In this document: positions 52,985 through 64,000 of the stretch, piece after piece
Layout: each line of letters starts with the position of its first letter
How positions within the stretch are numbered: the stretch's first letter is position 1
NCBI GenBank assembly: GCA_951406725.2
Contig: OX597814.1
Span: 96,720,001-96,784,000, forward strand
Reading direction: 5' to 3'
Source: Octopus vulgaris
Lineage: Eukaryota
DNA length: 64,000 nucleotides
Made by a program: the position numbers and the translations under genes
The notes under the pieces: generated by a model
The model's database searches: none
What the model was told of the DNA's origin: nothing
The model's input: only the letters and a program-made list of their open reading frames with translations

Positions 52985-53269
52985 CTTTGATAGGTTTCGG
53001 CCATTATTGGCCCAGGCCATGTCTAACTTAATACCACCACCTGGTGCTATTATATGCACCACCTGGTGCATATATATATGAATATATATAATTACGTTTG
53101 TTATTTGTTTTGCAAGAACCCTGATGCGACATAGTGTGTTGAAACAGATACGGTTTTGTGTGTGTGTATACATAATATATACAAGCATACATATATTACA
53201 TGTGTGCGTGCGCGCGCGTCTATATATATATATATATATATACATGTGAGTGTATATGTGTGTATGAAG

Positions 53270-53300
<31 letters not shown>

Positions 53301-53610
53301 GTGAGTGTATATGTGTGTATATGTGTGTATGAGGTTATATATATATATCACACAAACATACATACACAGTTTGATTACATATATGTAGTTGGTTCTCACC
53401 ACTTGCAAAACAAGTATCCTTAGCTCTCCAGCTCTCTCTCTCTCTCTTCCTTTCTCTCCCTCTCTCACATACACACTCGCTCACACACTCTGTGTGTGTA
53501 TTAAGGGCGTGTGTGGTGAATGTATCAAGGTATCGAGTTCTGATTCCCACTTGCAAAAACAAGCATTCTTACACACACTCTCACACAAAAATAAGCATTC
53601 TTACACACAC

Positions 53611-53688
<78 letters not shown>

Positions 53689-54259
53689 ACATATACACAT
53701 ACACATGTAGACAGTTACATAGAGAAGTTGATGTTGTGAAGATGTGTATGTGTGCGTATGTGTGTGTGTACATGTGAGTGTGCGCGCTCGCCCCTGTAAT
53801 TATTACTTGATTTGCGAAACACTTTGACTTACTTGTTTCCTATCGACTAAGCAGGGAAATACTTTTAATTCTCGGTAAATTCATCTCGTGTATTCTTTCC
53901 TGTTATGCCAAAAACTGCAACTTATATACTGAAAGCGGAACACTATTAATACATTCATTTTGATTCATAGGACAGAAGAGTAGTGTCCTTGACCAAGATA
54001 AATTTATTAAGAAATGACATGTTTGTTATTTTTACCAATAGATCGATATTCAATTTACATATTCTAATTAAATAAAAAGTTACCTTTTGCATTTGTCTAT
54101 CAGTTTCTTTGTTTTGATGTAGAGGCTATCATTTTTCATTTTTATTTTTTTTATTTGTCTTTTTTTTTTTCATTTATAGTTTTATGAATTCATTGACGTC
54201 GTCAGTGTGGTTGGTCCTCCTCTTATGTTGTTGGTAACATTCATGGTGTCGTCATCATC

Positions 54260-54625
<366 letters not shown>

Positions 54626-55069
54626 AGCTTTGTGAATTTGACTTAGAACAATTACCTCTCAGCACATATGTTCACCTAGAGTAAAATAAAAAAAATTACG
54701 AAGAGTGTTTAAATGCGTGCAACCGCATTGCTAAGTGGATGTAGTTTGATTCGATTCTGACTCACGGTCGGGAGTAAATATTTTAACCCTTCTGGGACAG
54801 TATTTCCCTGTGAATTTAGATGAAAGAAGAAGTAGAAAATTAGGAATTTATTGTTAAGGATTTTATTTACTAAAAATAAATTGGTAACCAATAAAACAAG
54901 CGCTATCAATAAGTATAGCTGTTGCTTAAACAATCAGAATAAAAATATCCGTAAATTGGCAGGCGAAAAGGCCACAACCTTATCGGATAGTGGTTTAACC
55001 GATTTATTCTATTTCTATATATGTCTTCAGGTCTGAGCCTCCCTCTCTCTCTCTCTCTTTCTTTCTTTG

Positions 55070-55520
55070 CAGTTACAAGACTTGGACACTGTCCAGAGCC
55101 CTTAGGGGCTGTCTGAACTCCTTCGGTACAAGGACACTTTGCAGGTTTATGGGTTATCATTGGTCGATTTCGTATCCAAGCAACAACTATATTCAGAAAC
55201 CGAAATGCGTCCTGTTACTTGTATGATTCAAGAGCTGTCAGCTCAAATAGTTTGGCCATGCTGCTTGATTTTCCGAGTCGAATCCTATGTATCATGTTCC
55301 TTTCTCTGAGGATCCGGCTAGAATGGCAGCTCGTGTTGGTCGGCTATATGCTTCATGGTTACAGCAGATAAGGAAGTATTTGACGGGGATGAGAACTGAT
55401 AGAGATACTGCTCGGAGGGCTGCTCTAGACGACCTGAGCAGATGCCGACAAATGGTGAATGCAACGACGCTTTGAAACGACACATTCCCCCCCACTCTGC
55501 CTGACCTGTACAGGAAATTA
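55070..55520 (+). pseudogene. RTE LINE 3' end
   Basis: TWTLSRAL..LNSFGTRTLCRFMGYHW..QLK*FGHAA..VGRLYASWLQQI..RQMVNATTL*. Confidence 0.8.
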
Positions 55521-55859
55521 GGCACATACTGAATGTTTTACGGACTCTCCTGGAATGAAAGGGGAAATTGCCACGAGCAGGATTTGAATTTAGAATATTA
55601 TGAATCAGGGCTAAATTTAGTTTGACATTTTATCCGGAGCGCTTTCTTTTCTCTCGTTTTTTTCTAGCATAGAATTATTCTTTATTAACTCTGTAGCTGT
55701 GGTAACTGTTTAGTTCCAAGTTAGTCTTGAATAGTCCTATGATAAAAGACTCTCCGGTCATGATCATCTCGTCTTTGTATGTAGAAAACTACACTGTTTT
55801 AAGATAATTTATGGGGGTAGCTGTAGTCCTCAAAGTTTTCTGAAAGTTTTCTGTAACAG

Positions 55860-58800
55860 ACCAGCTAGTTGAAACTTCTCAACGTCCAGAGTTATTTCCA
55901 GTTCCCCACCATGAGTTTTCTACATGATGTCAACATGGAAATTCCATTGACCACGTTAGCCGACTTGGTCTTCGTTTAGCCAAGAAATACAGGTCTACTA
56001 AAGAGAGGAGCTGTGGAGAAACCACGCTTAATCGTCGTCAAGAAATTTTTGTAAATGCCGCAAACACATTGCATTTCTGCACTTCATGAGCGACGGCTTA
56101 ATGAACTCAGTTCAGAGTATGTTGACAGTAGATGGAATGCCTGACCTATAGAAAGTATCCCTTCCACAAGAAGCGAACGAATGGCTTCTCTAGGCTGGTC
56201 AGAAAAAAACTAGGACACGGCTCTGTGGTCGGGTGGTATTATATGACGTCGTTGCATAAACCAACAAAGCCCACCTGCGTCCCCTTAAAAACTCTTATTT
56301 CCATAGTAATTGATCGAAGAGACACCTTTAATGAACCAAGTGCGTGATTTGAAAGACTTCCAAAAGTGGTTGTTTAATCTAACCACTGAGCAGATTCCAC
56401 GATATTCTGAAGCGATATAGTCGCGGAGTCGGAGCTGAAACCTCTTCCTAAAGCACAGGCTCCAAATAGCGAAGGCCAACCTATTTTGATTGATCTAGAC
56501 CAGTGGTTCTCAACCTTCTTCAGCCTAGGGACCATTTTTTACTTGAAAAAATTTCTAGGGACCACTTCTACTTTTACTTTATACTGTTCTATTTTCACAT
56601 TAAAATACTTAATGAAAAGGCAAAATAGTCTATTTACACTTTAAAATTTATTTTAGCAAACCAAAGATAAAATTTTTTATTTATTTTAGTAAACAAAGAT
56701 AAACATAAGATATCAAAATCCTTTTTCATAAAGTCGTTCATTTTTAGTTCATTCAGCTGGTGACTAACTTGATACTGGTATTTTTGACACAAGATATAAT
56801 CAATTTTAATGAACTCATTTAGTCTTAGTCTGATAGTTCCTCTGCTGTTGACATCTAATTTATCTCTTTTTCTACTTAAAATATCTACAACAGCTGAAAA
56901 TGCAGATTCCACCATCCATGTGGTAGAGAAAAGGAATGATGCTTGCTTCTACATGTCGAAAAATATTTGGGTGTGATTCCTTTATTGATATGTAGGCAAT
57001 GACTCCTTCTTTTTCAACTCTTCTCAGTTTCATATTCTCTTTCAAATCCAACAACATTTCAGTCAACTCAAAATTGTCATCTCCTGGCTCATAATTTTCT
57101 AGGTCTACAAACCAGAGTGGATAATCCATCTTTAATAAATCATTGTATCTTCTCTCAAAGTCTACATGAAGACATTCAAGATGGGTAATGCATGCAGTAA
57201 TGCATTCTGATGTAGGAACAGTGATGTTAAAATTTTGAAATGATGCCAAATTGTTTTTCAAACTTTTTTTCTAAAATTTTAATTTCCCCATATACCTTTT
57301 TATCTTCTGAGAACAGGTGACCAAATCTGATTTTCTAAGTTAAGTAGATTCACTGTTTTAAAAATATCGCTCAAGTAGAATATTTTTGATTTAAATTCAG
57401 AAAATTTTTCCAAAATTTTCTTTGATGTATCAGCTTGCTTCTTGGAGTTGTAGTGAGTCATCTGACTCTTCAGCATGAGAAAATTAATTAATGGTTCCCA
57501 CAAATTCACTAGTCTTTCAAGGCTCAGACCTTTTGACAACCATCTTACTTCTGTGTGAAGCAATAGGATTTTAAAATCTTCATCTTCACAGAATTGCATT
57601 AAAAAATCTATTATTCACTGAGTTTGATTTGACAAAGTTAATTGCATGTATGGCAGTGTTGAGTACTTCTTTCATGTGTCCTCCAATACTCTTAGCAACC
57701 AAATACTGTCTTTGAAATGGCTTCAATTTTTTTATCGCTACGAATTCTCTGGGGACCACCGGTGGGCCCCAGGAATCACGTTGGGAATCACTGATATAGA
57801 CTGATCTGTTCCACACCCTCACTACGATTTATTTATTGCATGAGATAGAGATTGTCGTGCTCCCATTCCGCGAGTCACAAAGCAGCACATTTTCTGCCAC
57901 TTGCACGAGACGGTCGTAAGACGTCGACAAACAAGTCTGTAAAGCTCAAAGAACAAGCCACCCAAACCAGGTGACACATCTCCGTACAGAGTTTTGTGGT
58001 AGGCTATCGTGGTAGGTACTTAAGTCCGCTATCGTCTCTGGTCATTGGAACAAATTCCGCTGGAAGTCTGCACACAATTGTTTGGAATCGAGTAGTATTA
58101 ACCCATTCCTGTTTAGTCAAAGAACAAGTTGTGGCTTTGTTGCCCTATTGCATCTCTTCCACCTGGACCCAACGAACAGCTTTCGTTCTTTCGTGTCTTT
58201 AGAGTACGCATCGTAATTTTGACAGCGCAACCTTCGTGTTTTACATTGAAAAAATAATCGAGAGGCATTCCTACCGCTAACACGTCAGTCGCGATTCCTT
58301 TCTTTACCGCCTCTTATAATTTACTCTCTAACTCGTATATTTTCTTTTTCTATCGCTACTTCTTTTCTAACCCTTATCGATCCTGTTTAGCTCTATCTTC
58401 ACACTGGTACATACATAAAATTTAGTCGGTATCTGCCAGATGAAACTGTCTTAACAAGTTTGTAAGGTTTATGACGTCTGAAATCCAGTCGGTCTACCCC
58501 TTTAAAGCATAGGTAGTCTCTAAACTGAAGGCTCCTCCTGATCACAACCAGTATCACCATCATACCATCTGGATCCTAGAAAATAGCCCATGCTTCGAGA
58601 TCCAAAGTTTTCCAAAACAACGCAGCTACTTCTTCTATTCAAGGCCAAAAAAGAAAGCGTACGCGTCTTAGTTGTCGAAAATGGATGCGAATCTAATGGA
58701 ATAAAGTCATTAAACAAGCGACCTTGTTTCTAAGGTGATCCCGAGATGACATACATTTATGCTTCCTACTCTAAATACAGACTTTTGGTCGAAAAAAAAA

Positions 58801-60200
58801 AGGTGGGGGAGTGAGAGAAGTAACTCATAATAGACTTGTGAGGAAAATGAATAATCCGGTCTTTCTAAAAAAAAAAAACCTTCAAGACGTCACTTGTTTA
58901 CTGTTTCTCCGGTAGATTCCCATGTTGTTTTAGAAATTTAGGGCATTCACATAAAAAATTTATTTGATGAAAGTTTGAAAGGGATCCCCTTCAAAGTCCT
59001 CCCCTTCCGTTTGTATGTTCTTTTGTTGGGTTGTATAACTCCCAACTCATTGTCTTTTTTTTTTTGTTTAGGAGAGCAAAGAAAGTATGGTGCTTGCTGT
59101 CCTTGTTTTTTATATATATTTCTTTTTCTTTTGAGGTGACTGATGTGTTTTCCAGTAGTAGTAGCTGTTGTTGCTGTTGTTGTTGTTGTTGTTGTTGTTG
59201 TTGCTGGTGGTGGTGGTGGTGGTGGTGGTGGTGGTGGTGGTGTGTTTGTGGCTGCGTGACTGGCTGGTGATGGTGTTGATTGTAGATTTGGTTATCTTCG
59301 TTATTCTTGATGTTGAAATGGTTGTGTTTGTGGATGTTTCTTATTATTTGCGTGGGCGGGTGATATATTTTTTTTTCCCTCTTGACTCCTCTGACAACTA
59401 ATTATTGTCTGCTTTCTTCTGTTCCTCATCATTTATCGAGGAACTCAAGGGGGAGTTGGAGGCTGCTTGTGTGTCTTTCCATCGTTTCTGTTGTGTTGTT
59501 CTTGCAGGGTGCGTGACATTCTTGCAAAGCAACTTCTTTCCAAGATTGATGGTAGCACTTTCATCATCTACGTTGTGGTTTTGATTTTGTTGTTTTTGTT
59601 GTTGTTGCTACTGCCGCTACTGTTGTTGTTGTTGTTGTTGTTGTTGCTAACCAACAAGACGGGTAAGGGAGATTAGGTGATGGTCTAGGGCTTATGAGCG
59701 GGAGACGCCAGACCTTGGAAAAAAAAACTTTGGTCGTCTTGTTGTAGTCGAGGACTCTTCGTTGACGCCCGACACCACTGGGAGGTGATCCTCGAAGTCG
59801 CTGGAAATGAAGATCTCCAGGTCCAAATTCTTGGATGGCTGCTGCCGCTGCTTCTGATCTTGCTATGCTGCTACTGTTGATAAAGTTGTGGTTATGGTAT
59901 TGACAGCGAAGAGGCTTTTACATTTCTTCCTGAGTTCATAAAGCTTTCTGATGGCTAGTGCAACAGCAAATATAGCACATAGCTCTCCTGCCTTCCACTT
60001 TTGCCTGCGTTGTCTGGAGTTAAAAGCATTTGCATCTGTATTTTTAAACGCTGACTTGTTTTTGTAAGAACTAAGTTTGGTACTGATAACTTCCCCATAC
60101 TCCTCCAAGATCATATACTTAAGATTACATAAAATATTTCAAGTTGATTTCTAAGGAAACATTTCTGAGTCACCTTAGTTATATACCTTTCCATGTATTA
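55860..60200 (-). mobile_element. Decayed Tx1/L1-clade LINE (ORF1 knuckle, EN, RT) split by a hAT element
   Basis: ORF1 VEGRRAMCYICCCTSHQKAL at ~59940-60000; EN KQGRLFND and IFLDPDG at 58560-58730; linker KHEGCAV; RT ISL|DQSK and GICSVVRLNNHF across the hAT insertion. Confidence 0.65.
56501..57793 (-). mobile_element. hAT (Buster/Charlie-type) transposon, 5'-deleted transposase
   Basis: TIR cagtggttctcaac / gttgggaatcactg; TSD atctagac / atatagac; INFVKSNSVNNRFF, LLLHTEVRWLSKG, YLSDIF, MVESAFSAV. Confidence 0.93.
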
Positions 60201-60273
60201 ACATTGATGAATATTCGTTAGAGGAACGTGTATGCCATGCTATTTTTCTGGTTGAGGTATATGGCCATCATTA

Positions 60274-60538
60274 GTGGAGGCGCGTGGCTTAGTAGTTTGG
60301 GTGTCAGCACCATGATCGCAAGATTGTGGTTTCGATTCCTGGAGCGGGTGACGCGTTGTGTTCTTGAGCAAAACACTTCATTTCACGTTGCTCCAGTCCA
60401 CTCAGCTGGCATAAAGGAGTAACGCTGCGATGGACTGGCGTCCCGTCCAGCTGGGGAACACATACGCCATAGAAACCGGGAAACCGGGCCCATAAGCCTG
60501 GCTAGGCTTTTTAAAAGAGCGCATTTATTTATTTTTTT
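60274..60538 (+). mobile_element. tRNA-derived SINE, chimeric (family B head/core + family D tail)
   Basis: TSD tatatg(g/t)ccatcatta; see finding on modular SINEs. Confidence 0.9.
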
Positions 60539-60953
60539 TATATGTCCATCATTACATTGTTTTGCTTTCCTTATCTGTCATACTTCCTATATATGTCTTT
60601 TTCTGCTTGTTCAAAGATAGGGTTTTCGGCACCTTTCATTTGTTTGTTTGTTTGTTTTTAATACTAACGCATTCACCTACATTTCCGGATCCTACTCAAT
60701 ATGTTTAGTTCTGCTTCGAAGAGTTGGAGCAAGTTAGGCAGTATTAGGAAATGTTTCTGTTTTAGGTTGAAATCTTCCTTGTCTTTCAAACAACGCTTAA
60801 TCAACATTTAGATGACAATTTGAAAAAAAAAAATATTTTGCTGTATTTGTGTTTAGGGACACGCCAGCGAAGGCAATGGTTGAAAAAGTGTTTTATTTGA
60901 TGGTGGTTGTGATTGTAGTTGTGGTGGTTGTGTTAGTGTTATTGGTGATAATA

Positions 60954-61118
60954 GGCGCAGGAGTGGCTGTGTGGTAAGTAGCTTGCTAACCAACCACATG
61001 GTTCCGGGTTCAGTCCCACTGCGTGGCATCTTGGGCAAGTGTCTTCTGCTATAGCCCCGGGCCGACCAATGCCTTGTGAGTGGATTTGGTAGACGGAAAC
61101 TGAAAGAAGCCCGTCGTA

Positions 61119-61171
<53 letters not shown>

Positions 61172-61397
61172 TTGTGTGTGTTTGTGTGTCTGTGTTTGTC
61201 CCCCTAGCATTGCTTGACAACCGATGCTGGTGTGTTTACGTCCCTATCACTTAGCGGTTCGGCAAAAAGAGACCGATAGAATAAGTACTGGGCTTACAAA
61301 GAATAAGTCCCGGGGGCGATTTGCTCGACTAAAGGCGGTGCTCCAGCATGGCCGCAGTCAAATAACTGAAACAAGTAAAAGAGTAAAGAGTAAAGAG
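60954..61397 (+). mobile_element. SINE family C (CORE-type, octopus OR-like), full length
   Basis: Head ggcgcaggagtggctgtgtggtaag, B-box-like gggttcagtccc, CORE-like cttgggcaagtg, internal microsatellite, (gagtaaa)n tail. Confidence 0.9.
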
Positions 61398-62044
61398 TAA
61401 TAGCAGTTTTATTGACTGTCTCCGCATCAACGGCCGTGGTGGTGGCAGTAGTGTTTGGTTGTTTTTGCAAATCATTTTGGTGCAGTTGTTAATACAGTCT
61501 TTTATTTTCATTTTCAGTGTTAATTCTTGCATGCTCTCTTTCATTGTCCGCCCGTTGTTGTTACTATTGAAAGAAGTGGTGGTAATGGTGGTTTCATTTG
61601 ATACGTTACAGCTGTTGTTGCTTGATATGCTTTTTTAGCTCGACAGGGTTTTGCTCTTCTATTCTTCTCAGGAATAAACGTTAGACTTAAAAAACGTCGT
61701 TTTCGAAGACAGCCTCTCCTTTGCAAACCTTTTCCTTTTAATTTTTAATTTTCTGTTCATTTATTTACTTTCAAAATTGACGACATGTTTAACGTTCTTT
61801 TTTTTTTTTTTTTGAAAAATTTACGAAGAGAAAAAAAATTATTCCAGATGTTACATTTAACCTCAAAGATGTGAGAAATAAATAAATAAAACAACAAAGC
61901 TAACCAGAAGAACTGGCTAGTTGGTTGCTCTGCATTAAAATGAACAAAATTTCAAAATAACAAATACCTGAAAGTGCACAAAACAAATTTTCTTAACCTT
62001 ACAGAAACAAGTTCAAACAAGTTTGCAGTCAGCAAGTAATGATA

Positions 62045-62260
62045 ATCCTTTCTACTATAGGCACAAGGCCTGAAATTTTGGGGGAAGAGACTAGTCGATT
62101 ACACCGAACCCAGTATTACACTGGTACTTATTTTATCAACCCCGAAAGGATGAAAGGCAAAGTTGACCTCGACGGAATTTGAACTCAGAACGTAGCGACG
62201 GGCAAACTACCGTTAAGCATTTCGCCCGGCGTGCTGACGATTCTGCCAGCTTGCCACCTT
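62045..62260 (-). mobile_element. SINE family A
   Basis: Near-full-length reverse complement copy. Confidence 0.9.
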
Positions 62261-62279
62261 GATAATAATAATAATGATG

Positions 62280-62359
<80 letters not shown>

Positions 62360-62363
<4 letters not shown>

Positions 62364-64000
62364 CTATCAACAAAAAAAATACAGAAGAATACAGATCTGC
62401 TAGCCTTAAGAAGCTGCGCTGCGAACAATGTTTATGTGCAGAGAATCCTAAACTGACAGATCCGTCTCTTAATGTAAGAGTCGAAGCTCGTCATGCTTCA
62501 ATGTCAACAAAACAACCTACAATCCGCGATGGTCGGCGAGCGGACTACAAAAGACCACGTACCCGAAAATTGAACCAAAGCCTGATTGAAAAATCAGCTA
62601 CTGGATCAAATCTTCCCGACATACAGGAGCTGGACGTACCCCGCAACTGGAATATTCCAACAGATGGCCATCCATGCTCGTCACCAAACACTCAAAAGAA
62701 AAAGAAGGAAAAATGGACTAGGGAAGATAATAAAGAAGTTCTTGCGGCCTTCTACCATGCCATATATTTCCCCACAGATAAATCGAACACTATACAAACC
62801 TACATAAACTGGAGGCAGAAGCACCCTGAAGTAAGACCCTACATAGACAGTAACAAACTTGCCAACGTCAGAAGAAACATAAAAAAAAATTACTGACTGA
62901 AATAGAGATTGATCAGTAACGGATAGAATGAACGAAACTGCAGCTAAAGAAGATAATACAGAGGAAATAATTATAGACCAGCCCAGGGCTGATAAAAACA
63001 AAGTAAGGATTGAAAGAGTTAGTATAAGTGATAGGCAAAGTGAAATACTCCCTGAACCAAATATAAACACTAAGACAGATGAACATCAAATAGATGAAGA
63101 AAGTCACGCAAATATTGACCCGACAGAACTACATGAGCTTAAAAGTCAAATCATGATTGAATGGCTGAAAATTAAAGAAACCAGTATGGATGAACGTGAT
63201 ACACTCCCTAAAATCCGCAACTCTAACCAAAACATGAAAATAAATGGTACAACCCGGCTTGCACTTAAGGATATAATTTCAGCTAATGATGTTGATATCA
63301 CAGATCTCAACCACCTATACTATGCATCTGCGAAAATCTCAACGATCCTATGTGGTGAAAAGATTAGAAAACGGCAACATTTCCACAAAAAGCCTTCTTG
63401 GCAAGAGCGTTTGCAACAACAAATTAAACTATTTAGATCTGACATTGAATATTTGAAAAACCTTAAGGTTCATAAGACTACCAAACCTGCAAAAACTCAA
63501 AAACTAATGAAAAAATATATGAAAACTATACTTGATATTGATGCCACCATAGAAACCATCAAGCAAAAGGTATCTGCTAAAGCTGTCCGCATAGCGAGGT
63601 ATGAAAAGTGTGTTAGATTCTTCAGGGACAACAACATGTTCAAAAATAACCCCAAAAATATTTACAGGAAGATGGGAAAAACACCAGTTACTGTAAAGTC
63701 TGTACCATCAAAAGAAGTGCAGGGATTTTGGAACAAAATTTTGGCAGAAGAAAAAACACACAGCGAAAAGGCCCCTGGATTGATAGAATATCTAAAGAAC
63801 TGGACTCCTTAGAAGAGCAAAAGTGGGAGGGTGTCAAGGTAGAAGATATAAGATCTGCTCTCAGGAGGTCAAGCAAATGGAAGTCTCCAGTGCTTGAAAG
63901 TGACCACATCTCACTCCTCTAGAACTTCACCATTCAAACTGACAGAAAGATAGATGCAAATAGGCCAGACATCATATTGAAAGACTTCAATCAAAGATCA
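62360..64000 (+). pseudogene. R4/Dong-clade LINE 5' region with large internal deletion; runs off the window
   Basis: Follows (TAA)n; KWTREDNKEV, KLANVRRNI, KPSWQERL, IKQKVSAKAVRIARY, NNMFKNNPK, FWNKI, KWKSP then a jump to *NFTIQTDRKIDANRPDIIL (endonuclease). Confidence 0.85.

Noticed and set aside
59040-60200. Second ORF1-only element
   Set aside because: EN and RT remnants follow downstream on the same strand, so it is an ordinary decayed Tx1-like LINE.
62451-62492. Hammerhead in the Dong-like leader
   Set aside because: ctgacaga and gaag do not match the conserved core.

Overview
AT-rich, microsatellite-saturated eukaryotic DNA with no intact host gene that I can support. The tRNA-derived SINE families and repeat style point to an octopus (coleoid cephalopod) genome; this is inferred from family recognition, not from a database search. 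The window is almost entirely nested, decayed mobile DNA: several SINE families; R4/Dong-like, Tx1/L1-like, RTE and CR1-like LINE remnants; two Penelope-like (RT + GIY-YIG) remnants; Tc1, mariner, maT (DD37D), rosa (DD41D), Tigger and hAT DNA transposons; non-autonomous Helitrons; and one young non-autonomous Gypsy LTR element (tRNA-Trp PBS, PPT, 4-bp TSD). The least explained signal is a set of minimal type I hammerhead-ribozyme motifs, intact and decayed, many inside short fold-back elements. The best example (21816-22323) has two outward-facing hammerheads in inverted arms around a tRNA-like Pol III promoter and a (TAA)n tract. Most ORFs in the supplied track are translated microsatellites. 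All alignments and folds were done by eye; boundaries of decayed elements are approximate.
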